Assembly: GCF_008831285.2 (NCBI RefSeq)
Contig: NC_045138.2
Location: 32,984,001-33,048,000 of the forward strand
Direction of reading: 5' to 3'
Source: Nymphaea colorata
Taxonomy: Eukaryota
Length of the DNA: 64,000 nucleotides
The notes beneath the pieces are model-generated. The model saw nothing but the letters and a program-made list of their open reading frames with translations, was not told the DNA's origin and did not search any database. Position 1 is the first letter of the stretch; every line of letters begins with the position of its first letter. Of this stretch, positions 14,037 to 24,878 are shown one piece after another. The position numbers and the translations under genes are program-made.

Positions 14037-15714
14037 CCGACGGAATAATCATAGCGGAACGGCGTCTTCGTTAAGCTCTCGGCTGTGCAGTAAGTTTACC
14101 ACCAACATCGTCTCTAACCCAAGAAGCAGTACCTCTAAACAATAGAAGTGGCTGAGAGGCGTGGGTTGATTCATCAACATTAGATGAATAGAAACGTTTT
14201 ATTGACCGCCTCTTAGGATTTCCCCAAATCCCAGCTATGGTTATGGCATTGGAGATTTATGGTAAGAATGTAAATAAAAACATTGTTTTAGAAATTTATT
14301 TTCTGTCTTGAGAAAGAAATTTACTGTTTATTGTTGCTAAGACCCTTTGAATATGGACCGTCTTACAGACCCCCCACAAGGTGGTGGCAGATGCATTGCC
14401 AAGATAATTAGGAAATGAATGAGAACTTTGAAATTTGAAGGTGAAGTAAAGATGGCAAGTGGTTGTAAAGAGCTCTGGCATGTGGTTTCAGTTCAGGTTT
14501 CAATCTTTGCTGTTCTATATTTAGGTTATAAGTTCTGAACTTGGGTTCACCTACCAACATGTGAAACTTAGTGACATTTGTTAAAAAAGGCAGCCAATTG
14601 TGGAAGTTCAAGATGTTCAAATATTTTTAAACATCATAAAAAAATGGGCAAATGAATTTTTTGCCATTGTTTAGATCTTGCTCAGTCAAGAATCAATTGC
14701 GAGGACTAGGTTGTAAAATTGAGATAAGAAGTTAAGATTTTTAAATCTTGTAGATCGTGTGATAGCCTCATATGTCAGATCCAAACCTTGTGTGCGTGCA
14801 TGTGTGTGAATGACTAAAATGTGAGAAGATTGAAGAAGTTTTGTGCTGATGCTGCCATTTCAGACTGTACATCCAGGCTTTGGGGAGAGGTACTTATCAT
14901 CTGTGCTGTTTCAAGAGTTAAGAGATGAAGCTGCAGCCTGTTCCAGTGGATTGAAGAAATTAAACATCATATGTACAAGGCTCTCTCTCTCACATTGCCC
15001 ACATGCGATGCATGTGCTGATGTTAGTAATTCAAAGGCACGAGGTAGAATTCTTTCATGTTGAAGTTATTCTGAATATAAAAAGCTCTGTGATCCTATAA
15101 TCATTTCAACGGAAAGTAGCTTCCTTTCGCATCAAACCTGCTGGAGGAGGCCTCCCACTTTTAAAGCCATATGGGGTTTAAAAAACACCATGCATGGCGT
15201 CTACTAGGACCAGGGGAGTACTGATTGACCAGTCTTCTTCGGAACAAACATGGCGTCTGCAGTGCCAGGTGTCCTCCTCTGTCTCATCAATGGTTTCCGT
15301 TATTGCCGTAAAAACGAAAGGCTTCATGGATCATTTAATTTAGTGGCTACTAAAAGTGGTAAACTTACTGTGGCATTGTTTACGTTTTTTTAGTTTTGTG
15401 GCTGCCATTTCATGGAGAAATGAAAGTTTCGATATGGCATGTTCATATTTCTATGTATTAGATTTGTACTCATTTCTTGAATCATTTTCAATATATTGGG
15501 TTCCAAGACGAAAGAATAACTTTTTTTTTTTTTTACACACATGAGCCGAATAATGTCTCTGTATATTCCAAAAAACGTTAAAAAAAACTTTTTTTTTTTT
15601 TCAATTCATTGGCTTTCCAACAATGTCTCCGTATCCATTTTCACTCACAACAGACATTGGACAACTCACAAACTCCCTCAAGTTTCCCAATGAGCCGAAT
15701 CATCTCACACCCAT

Positions 15715-15990
15715 GAATCCAAGGTTGGTGTGGCAGACGGGCAGGTGGCGTGTGAGGAAAGCCATTCGTCTATGCACTCTGGGTTAAAGGCGTGGTTGCG
15801 CTGCGGCAAAAGGCAGAACTTGTCATCGTCGTGGAACTCGGAGAGGCAGACCGCTCACTTGACGGAGCCCTTGAGGCCCTTGATGGCTGATTAGGTGAAA
15901 GTGGGGAACGATTCTATCATGCTTGAGTCGAGGCTGCGGTGGACGATGTGGGAGAGACTGAGGTGGGCGTAAAAGGGCAGGTCGCTCGGA
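15715..15990 (-). pseudogene. ATL: ATL-family RING-H2 E3 ligase pseudogene
   Basis: Minus translation RSLDSSMIESFPTFT*SAIKGLKGSVK*AVCLSEFHDDDKFCLLPQRNHAFNPECIDEWLSSHATCP: GLD-like motif plus RING-H2, with two stops and lost Cys/His ligands. Confidence 0.88.
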
Positions 15991-16083
15991 GACTCGTTCT
16001 CACACAGGCAATTAACCACCCAGATACAGCTAGGAAGACATTCATCTTCCAACTAAGAAGGTGCAGAGACTCTAGACAGATAT

Positions 16084-16520
16084 TGATGAAAGTTAATGCA
16101 GCTGCCTTTATGAAGAAGGTGAACGGTTTAACTTTTGGGTTCTCCAAAAGTTCCATCGTTCCAAGACATGTGCCCTATTTTAAATTTCAGTTTTTTGTTT
16201 TTAATATGGTCATTATATTTTCAGTTTTCTGTTTTTAATATGTCCATAATGACCATAGTGGAGTTACCAAGAGTCAATGTCATTTATTTTTCAGTTTTTT
16301 CTTACATGTATATATATGGCCCTTTGAGTTGGCTAAAGGAGTGAGAGAAAGCATTTCAAGTGTGCTCTAAATTTTTAGTGTTGTGTGCTCTTATCACGTG
16401 TCATGCCTTTGTGATCACTTGTAGAAACAAGTGCTCGATTAGTGTGTTGTGTTCTTGTGTTGTGTCATTCACAGGAGCATAAGAAAAGGAAGTGCAGACA
16501 GGTCATTCCTTTTGCTAATA
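16084..16520 (+). repeat. 5' LTR (437 bp, TG...TA)
   Basis: Direct repeat of 20635-21082. Terminal CA is TA here. Confidence 0.95.
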
Positions 16521-16645
16521 GTGGTATCAGAGCATGGTCGATTGTGTTGTCGTGATTGTTGGTAAAAGTGCAAAAGAGAGGCCTGCAAGGTAAAGTCTGC
16601 ACATAACTTGTTCGACAAAATTTCTGTGAGAAATTTTTGTTCATT

Positions 16646-19600
16646 ATGGCTAATGGCATGTCCACTTCAAATGTTTTTCAATCACTCATACCGGTATTTA
16701 GTGGTGATAATTATAGTTTTTGGAGCATAAAAATAAAGACCTTCTTTTTGTCACAAGATCTTTGGGATTTAGTTGAAAATGGTTATATAGAAAGTGCAGA
16801 GAGCTCAAAACAAGGAGAAAAGACAGTTGAATCAAGAGAGCAACGGAAGAAGGATTCAAAAGCCTTGCTTGTTCTTCAACAAGCTGTAAGTGAGACTATC
16901 TTTCCTCGAATTGCTGGTGCTACTAGTTCAAATGAAGCTTGGACTATTCTCAAGCAAGAATATCATGGTGATAAGAAGGTAATGACAGTGAAACTCCAAA
17001 TCCTCCGTAAAGAGTTTGAGACATTGTTTATGAAAAACAATGAATCAGTCCAAGATTTTTTTTCAAGAGCTTTCATAATTATAAATGAGATGAAAACCTT
17101 TGGAGAGGTTGTTAGCAACCAGAAAATTGTAGAAAAAATATTGAGGAGCTTACCGCTTAAATTTGATCATGTGGTTACGGCTATAGAAGAGTCTAAGGAT
17201 TTGACTGCATACTCTGCTAATGAATTATTGGGTTTTCTTTTAGCCCATGAACAAAGAATGAACAGGTCAACTGAGAAAAGTGTTGAACAAGCATTCCAAG
17301 CTCAAGTCAAGTTGGATGACTTTAGCAAAGAGAGAAAGGGAGCAACTGTACGGAAGAATGCATATCGCGGGCGAGGTAGAGGTAACTATCGTGGACGTGG
17401 ACGAGGAAGATTTGAGGCAGTCCGAAATAAGTCAGAAGGAGGTGATACTAACAATCAAAAACATGCCCACAAAAACAGGTATTGTGTTTTTTGCAAAAGA
17501 AATGGTCATACTGAAGCGTATTGTTGGGATAAAGCAAAACAACAAGCTAATGTAGTGGAAGAGAAAGCAGAAGATGGTAACTAATTTTTTACTCATACAG
17601 AGTCAAATGAAAATATTGATCATGTATGGTTTTTAGATCAGTAATCATATGACAGGAAAGAGAGGCTTGTTTTGTGACATTGATGAATCGGTGAAGCAAC
17701 AAGTTCGACTTGGAGACAACAAAAAGGTGCAAATTGATGGTAAAGGCACAATTGAGATATCAATTAACGGTGGTACTAAAAGGTTGGTACATGATGTTTA
17801 TTATATACCTGGATTAGCATATAACTTACTAAGCGTTGGACAGTTAGCACAAAAAGGATATTTGATTTCATTTCATGATGATGTATGTGAAATCAAAAAG
17901 AAATGTTCTACCATGCCACCTATAATAGTGCACATGACAAAGAACAAAATGTTTCCAATCGAGCTTTCACACTTTGATGCATATGCCTTAGTAGCAGACA
18001 TGAATAAAGTGTCTAAGTTATGGCACTTAAGATATGAACACTTGCACTACAATGGACTGAAGTTATTGGGGCAGAAAAAATTAGTTGTTGGTTTACCTCA
18101 TCTTACCAATAATGAAGATATTTGTGAAGCATGTGTGTATGGAAAACAACATCGTCTTCCATTTCCAGTTGGGAAAGCATGGAGAGCAAAAACTCCTTTA
18201 GAATTAGTGCATGCTAACATTTGTGGACCAACAAGAACTCCATCTCTGAATAATAGTAGATATTTTTTACTATTCACTGACGATTTTTCTCGCATGAGTT
18301 GGGTGTTTTTTCTTGTTGAAAAATCCGAAGCCTTTGACAAATTCAAGGAATTTAAAGTGTTTGCAGAAAAAGAATGTGGGCGACCTATAAAAAAATTTCG
18401 TACTGATAGAGGGGGAGAATTTTTGTCAAATGATTTTGACAATTTTTGCAAATTACATGGCATACATAGACAGTTGACAGTAAGAAAAACTCCTCAACAA
18501 AATGGAGTAGCTGAAAGAAAAAACCATACAGTGGTAGAGATGGCTCGTAGCATGTTGAATGAGAAGCATCTTTCAAATGAGTTTTGGGCTGAAGCAGTAG
18601 CTACAGCTGTGTATCTTCTCAACATATCACCAACCAAAGCAGTCTGCAATATGACTCCATATGAAGCATGGTGGAATAAAAAACCTGATGTAAGTAATTT
18701 GAAAGTTTTTGGATGCATTGCCTACTCTCTGCTTGATTCTAGTAGTCGAGACAAAATGAATAAAAAGAGTGAGAAATGTATTTTTGTGGGTTATGGTAAT
18801 AACTGAAAAGGTTATAGACTATACAATCCAGTAACAAAGTCTTTAATTATTCGGCGTGATATCATTTTTGATGAGAATGGATCATGGGAGTGGACAACAA
18901 TAGAAGATCAACATATTCCATTTGTTGATTCAACTTCTCACTCAAATGCATCAACGTCAAGTGCTACTCATTCAAAAGAGACCAATTCAGATCATGAAGA
19001 AGATGTCGAAATAATTACAGATGAGTCTTCTCCACCAAGAAAGGTACGATCTCTAGATGATATATATGCTTCTTGTTCATTTGCTTTTATGGTAATTGAA
19101 CCATCATGTTATGAGGAAGCATGTGGTAAAGAAGAATGGGAAAAAGCAATGCAAGAAGAGATCGATACAATTAAGAGAAATGATACATGGCAGCTAGTAG
19201 ATTTACCACAAGGAAAGGAACCTATAAGTGTGAAATGGGTTTACAAATTGAAATATAATGTTGATGGAGATGTGCAAAAATACAAGGCCAGACTAGTCGT
19301 CAAGGGTATGTACAAAAATATGGCATTGATTATTTTGAAACTTTTTCTCCTGTTGCTCGTTTTGAGACTATTAGGCTAGTATTGGCACTTGCAGCTCACT
19401 TAAAATGGAAGGTATTTCAATTTGATGTCAAATCTGCTTTTTTGAATGGTGCTTTAGAAGAAGATGTATATGTACATCAACCACAGGGTTTTGTCATAAG
19501 TGGACATGAGAAGAAAGTGTATAAGTTGAAGAAGGCCCTTTATGGCCTCAAGCAAGCACCAAGAGCATGGTATGGGAGACTTGACACATATCTTCACAAA

Positions 19601-20647
19601 AATGGGTTTCGACGTTGTGAGAGTGAACCCACATTATACTTAAAAAATGAAGGCATTGATATGCTTGTGGTATGTGTTTATGTAGATGACATTATCTACA
19701 TGGGATCAAGTGATGTGCTCATTCAAAAATTCAAGGACAGTATGATAAGTGAGTTTGAAATGACAGATTTGGGTTTATTGCATTTCTTTCTTGGTCTTCA
19801 AGTTGTCCAAACAAATAATGGTATTTTTATCTCTCAAGAAAAATATGCATTAAGCCTACTTAAGAAGTATAAAATGTTAGATTGCAAGTCGTGCTCTACT
19901 CCTATGAATGCAGGTGAAAAGTTGACTTTGTCAGATGGGACTGCTAAAGCCAATGAAACATTGTTTAGAGGTCTAGTTGGTGGCTTGTTATATTTGACTC
20001 ATACACGACCAGATATTTTATTTGCTGTCAGCTTGGTATCCAGATTCATGCACAATCCATCATTACACCATTTGGGGGCAGCAAAACGTGTTTTGCGTTA
20101 CATCCATGAAACTACTAAATATGGAATTTGGTATAAATCAGATGTTTGTTTTAACTTACTTGGTTACACTGATAGTGATTGGGCAGGAGCTGTAGATGAT
20201 CGAAGGAGCACAAGCGTTTATGTCTTTACACTTGGATCAGGTGCTATATCATGGTATTCAAAGAAGCAAAGTACGACAGCATTATCATCTTCAGAAGCGG
20301 AGTATATTGCTGCATCTGCAGCTACTTGTCAGGCAATTTGGATGCGTCGAGTTTTGGAAGATCTTGGTCAAAGTCAAACTGAAGGGACACCAATTCATTG
20401 TGACAACAAGGCAACTATAGCAATGACAAGAAATCCGATTTACCACGGACGGACAAAACATATTGAACTTCGTCATCATTTCATTCGTGAGATTGTTGGT
20501 AAAGGTCAAATTGTGTTGAAGTATTGCTCAACCAATGAGCAAGTTGCAGATGGATTTACAAAGGCACTTTCATACCCAAAATTTGTGAAGTTTCGGTCTC
20601 ACCTTGGTGTTTCAGACTTTGCATTAAGGGGGAGTGATGAAAGTTAA
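16646..20647 (+). pseudogene. Copia gag-pol polyprotein, disrupted
   Basis: Stops at 17582-17584 and 18804-18806, a small deletion in the protease motif WFLD...NHMTG near 17640, and a frameshift near 19307 (KGY/VQKYGIDY). Confidence 0.93.
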
Positions 20648-21082
20648 TGCAAAATTAATGCAGCTGCCTTTATGAAGAAGGTGAACGGTTTAACTTTTGG
20701 GTTCTCCAAAAGTTCCATCGTTCCAAGACATGTGCCCTATTTTAAATTTCAGTTTTTTGTTTTTAATATGGTCATTATATTTTCAGTTTTCTGTTTTTAA
20801 TATGTCCATAATGACCATAGTGGAGTTACCAAGAGTCAATGTCATTTATTTTTCAGTTTTTTCTTACATGTATATATATGGCCCTTTGAGTTGGCTAAAG
20901 GAGTGAGAGAAAGCATTTCAAGTGTGCTCTAAATTTTTAGTGTTGTGTGCTCTTATCACGTGTCATGCCTTTGTGATCACTTGTAGAAACAAGTGCTCGA
21001 TTAGTATGTTGTGTTCTTGTGTTGTGTCATTCACAGGAGCATAAGAAGAGGAAGTGCAGACAGGTCATTCCTTTTGCTAACA
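20635..21082 (+). repeat. 3' LTR (448 bp, TG...CA)
   Basis: Follows the PPT. Differs from the 5' LTR by about 3 substitutions seen by eye and an 11-bp duplication near its start. Confidence 0.95.
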
Positions 21083-21113
21083 ATATTATCAAAAAATTGC
21101 CAGCCCAAATGTT

Positions 21114-21445
21114 CATCACAGGGGGTGTGAACGTCCTGGCTACATTGGTATCCATTTACTCGGTGGACAAGTACCAGAGGCTATTCCTTTTCCTCGGTGG
21201 TGGAATCCCGATTTTCATCTGTCCCCTTGGAAATCTGTTCGGCAGGCCAGAGTATGAACGTCTCGGTCAACCTCCTCTTCACCTTCGCCATTGCCCAAGC
21301 TTCTTCAAGTTCGGCCTCTTCTTCTTCTTTGCTGGTTGGGTCCTTATCATGACCACCTTCATCTTCTTCCTGAAACGACCCTTGTGTGTGGAGAAAACAC
21401 TGGTTCTGGAAAAAGATCCTCCTTGCTGATGATGACGATGGAGAG
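21114..21445 (+). pseudogene. STP: STP remnant (end of exon 3 fused into exon 4, several internal deletions)
   Basis: [20 protein letters not shown]...FIC joined directly to PLEI-region DNA, then [22 protein letters not shown]. Frameshifted. Confidence 0.9.
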
Positions 21446-21976
21446 ACGGCAAAAAATCTTTTTTTTTAATCCCTTTTCCCTTTTTTTTTGGCGTGTCATT
21501 TAACAGTTGAAAAAACATGTATATAAAAACATCAAAAAACCAAAACATCAAAAAAATTTACATTCACAAAAATAAAATTTTTTAATTACGCATTGTATTT
21601 TTTAGATTTGAATTCAGTTGGCCCTGTCGAGACTTACTTCTCAAGAAAATACTCGCTCTACATTTGGGCTATACTTGTATTTGATTGCAAAAACTCATAA
21701 GGAGCGATATAAACGGCCAATTTAATTTGATGGCACAACTACTGAAACTGGAATTCCTGAGTTGTCAAGTTCCATGTTTCACTGGTCATTCGTATCGTGC
21801 TTGTCCATGACGATATTTAGGCTCACCCTGGTATCGTAGGCTTTCACATGGTCTATATGTATAGGATCTGCATTTGTCTTACGCAATTCTTCAGTCATGC
21901 TTTTCCAATGCGTATTCGTTCTAAAACACTAAGTAAGTTGATCTGGAGGTGTAAAATATTATTTGAGGAAAGCCAA

Positions 21977-22085
21977 GGTGACGTGTGAGGAAAGCCATTC
22001 AACTACGACACACTAGACCAACAGCGGCAGGTGACGTGTGAGGAAAGCCATTCGACTATGCACTCCGGGGTGGAAGCACTGGTAG
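21977..22085 (-). pseudogene. ATL: Two tandem ATL RING-H2 C-terminal scraps
   Basis: GGTGACGTGTGAGGAAAGCCATTC occurs twice; minus strand encodes ..ECIVEWLSSHVTC. Confidence 0.75.
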
Positions 22086-22359
22086 ATGACATTGAACACC
22101 AGAAAGGACAACACGCATATCAGAACAAAATGCAGACGGAAACTGACACGTCCGTCATCTTTTCTCCGTCTTCACAAAGATTGAAAGGAGGTGAACCACA
22201 CGGCAGCAAAAAAAACTTTTTTTTGCGCTCTTCTTTTTGGCGTGCTCTTTTCCACTACTCGCCTTACGTTAAAAGGGAAACACCATTTAAAGAAAACTTG
22301 AGCCTCAAGTTCCTCCACTTCAGCTAGAGTCTCGCACCATTTTCTTCACTTTTCTTTGC

Positions 22360-22900
22360 ACTTCAGCAAAAGGAGCTTGTCGTCGTCTTGGAACTCAGAG
22401 AGGCAGACCGCGCACTCGAGGGAGCCCTTGAAGGTTGAGTAGGTGAAAGTGGGCAGCGATTCGATCATGTTGGAGTCAGGCCGCGGTGGACGCTGCGGGA
22501 GAGTGTAAGGCGGCCATGGAAGGGCAGGTCAAGCACTGGCGGATGTAGTGTCGATGAACACTAGGAAGGAGAACACGCATATCAGCTCCAATATTGAGGT
22601 CTTGTAACTTAGAGAGGAATACCAGGCACTCGAGGGAGCCCTTCCCGATATTGAGGTCCTTGACGGCTGAGTAGGTGAAAGTGGGAAATGATTCAATCAC
22701 GTTGGAGTCGAGGTAGGTCTTGTAACTTAGAGAGGAATACCAGGCACTCGAGGGAGCCCTTCCCGATATTGAGGTCCTTGACGGCTGAGTAGGTGAAAGT
22801 GGGAAATGATTCAATCACGTTGGAGTCGAGGTCACGATGGACGCTCCGGGAGAGCCTGAGGCGGGCGTGGAAGGGAAGGTCCGGCTCTGGCGGATGTAGA
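22360..22900 (-). pseudogene. ATL: Three ATL fragments (GLD region to RING start)
   Basis: DSNMIESLPTFTYSTFKGSLECAVCLSEFQDDDKL (about 22375-22478) and two copies of LDSNVIESFPTFTYSAVKDLNIGKGSLECLV. Confidence 0.88.
22597..22832 (+). repeat. 118-bp tandem duplication
   Basis: 22597-22714 repeats as 22715-22832 with no difference seen by eye. Confidence 0.92.
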
Positions 22901-23065
22901 TGACGATCAACACTACGAAGGAGAATGCGCATATCAGCACCAAAATGGAGACGGAACTGACATGTCCACCATCTTCTCATGAGTTTTCGTAATCAAATAC
23001 CAGTATACCGGTCCGCCGACAAATTTATTAAACGGTAAAACATTATGGTAAGTTGTTCTAAACAA

Positions 23066-23151
23066 ATTACATACAGATATGATCAGTATATCATCTATAT
23101 AATACAAGATTACATACGGATATGATCAGTATATCATCTATATAATACAAG
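23066..23151 (+). repeat. 43-bp tandem duplication
   Basis: ATTACATAC(A/G)GATATGATCAGTATATCATCTATATAATACAAG twice. Confidence 0.9.
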
Positions 23152-23560
23152 TGACCTCTGATTCGTGGTAACTTTTTGATATTTTTTTTATTACAATGAC
23201 CCATTTGAAGTGCGGGGGACTATACTTTGCGCCACCATTGTACATTGCCTGTGCGATTAATTAAGGGTGGGCATCGGGCTGGCTCGATCGGGCCTGTCGG
23301 GCTGGTCAGCCTGGCTTGGGCCCGCGTTTAAAAATAAAAATTAATTTTTTAATTATAAAATATTTTTTAAATATAAAATATATTTGTTAACGATAAATAT
23401 ATATTGTTAAAATTAAAAAAATTATTTTTTAATTCTAAATAGGCCGAATCGAGCCGGGCCGACCCGACACCCAAGCCTATGTGCGTTAGCATCCTAAGGC
23501 ATCCTAAATGCATGGGCGGACGCATGCCGCGATCCTGCCTCCCCAATCTTGGTCCCCCAG
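23152..23560 (+). pseudogene. Inverted (plus-strand) BAHD intron-end/exon-2 fragment split by a MITE
   Basis: Intron tail TTCGTGGTAACTTTTTGATATTTTTTT, then THLKCGG..LCATIVHCLCD; after the MITE, LNAWADACRDPASPILVP. Confidence 0.85.
23258..23479. mobile_element. hAT-type MITE
   Basis: Imperfect TIRs (AAGGGTGGGCATCGGGCTGGCTCG ... CCGACCCGACACCCAAGCCTA) around an AT-rich core. 8-bp target duplication TGTGCGAT (23250-23257) / TGTGCGTT (23480-23487). Confidence 0.75.
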
Positions 23561-23994
23561 AGTTGGGGCCAGGGTTCCAAAAATCATGGTTGAATTTGAA
23601 GTGGAGGAGATCGCGGGAAGGCACGATTCAGCAGTTCCAAAAATCATGCTTAAGATAGTTTGGTTTTTTGATGTTTCTATATATATGTTTTTTCAACTGT
23701 TAAATGACACGCCAAAAAAAAAAGGGAAAAGGAATTAAAAAAAAAATTTTTTTGCCGTCTCTGCTCCGTCGTCTTCTGTTTTTTTTTTCCTACACCTCTG
23801 CATTTCTTCCTCGTGCACTGCTGCTTTAGGTTTTCTCTTCACTCACCACATCAAAATTGGGCGTGCGAATCAGCTGAGTTCGCCAATAGTCGCTTCTAAG
23901 TAAAAAAAAAATGTATGCCAAATTGTCTTAGTGGTATCTATTTCCGTTGTTGATATGAGTATATCCACTCTTATCCGCAAGTTGTCCTTGTGAC

Positions 23995-24198
23995 AACAAT
24001 ATTTGGCCTTTTACAACTAAAGCGTCATATTTTACTGTCTTCGGCTTCTCCATCTCTACCTCTTCATCGTCAGCAGGGAGGATCCTTTTCCAGAACCAAT
24101 GTTTCCTCCACACAAGGGTCATTTCTTCAATTGGGATGTTCTTGGTTTCAGGCAGCAGGAAGAAGATGAAGGTGGTCATGATAAGGACCCAACCAGCA
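23995..24198 (-). pseudogene. STP: STP exon-4 3' fragment, inverted
   Basis: [55 protein letters not shown], near-identical to 9790-10000. Confidence 0.92.
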
Positions 24199-24605
24199 TA
24201 GTTGCAACCAAGAATTTGAATTTCATACGTGTTTATTGATTTGCATAAACAAATAGGATTTGACGGTGGTGCTGCAAAATTTTTGAACCTTCAGAAGCAT
24301 TAAAATAGAATCTGATCAATTTCTACAAGGAGAAACTAATATTGGTAGAATGGGATTCTCAGATTTGAGGCACCAAATTTCAAGGTAAATTGAATTTTTA
24401 GATAAAACTGCTTATTCTTGCCTCCTATCTTGCTCAGTTGACCATTTTCTTTTACTGGTCTTCTTGTTCGTATAGTTAGCTTACTTATACCGCTGAGTTC
24501 ATACGCAAGGAAACAGAAGCAATGTTTCTGATTATTAACGCAGAAACAAGATGTGATGGATTTTCGAAATCCCATTCCGCAGAGTGCTTTTAAGTTTTAC
24601 CTGAA
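24197..24605 (-). repeat. Copy of the BAHD intron 5' part including the exon-1 donor
   Basis: Aligns to 26862-27262 and 42570-42960 and ends in TTTTACCTGAAC. The same block is at 39781-40275. Confidence 0.85.
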
Positions 24606-24610
24606 CATTT

Positions 24611-24701
24611 GTGCCTCACACGATCAGCACATCCTTGGTGGTTCTATGCTTCACGCGATCAACACATGTCATGTTTGGTGGTAGATACCTCTATCTTAAT
24701 A
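24611..24701 (-). mobile_element. Internally deleted LTR fragment of the 44.6-47.8 kb copia family
   Basis: CACACGATCAGCACAT..TTGGTGGTT repeats and the CTATCTTAATA end match 44880-45069. Flanked by CATTT on both sides; a second copy is at about 40280-40393. Confidence 0.75.
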
Positions 24702-24878
24702 CATTTTAACGGAAACGATACTAGATCACATAAAATAACGGAAACCATACTAGACCACACGAAACTAAAAGAACTTTCTGCTCAGTGGACGATGAACAGG
24801 GAATTGAGGTACCACAACCCTTCTTTTCTGGGGGATGGGCCGCCCCCCAATGGAGATCGTTATTAAAAAGGTCAAGCA

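Larger units (their letters stand above)
16084..21082 (+). mobile_element. Full-length Ty1/copia LTR retrotransposon (defective ORF)
   Basis: 5' LTR 16084-16520, PBS TGGTATCAGAGC 16522-16533, gag with CCHC knuckle (CVFCKRNGHTEAYC), integrase (RTDRGGEF, PQQNGVAERKN), RT (YVDD), RNase H (TDSDWAG), PPT AAGGGGGAG, 3' LTR 20635-21082. Flanked by ATAT on both sides. Confidence 0.97.

Noticed and set aside
21114..21445. STP remnant as a processed retrocopy
   Set aside because: The junction is not at the exon 3/exon 4 boundary and there is no poly-A; deletions explain it.
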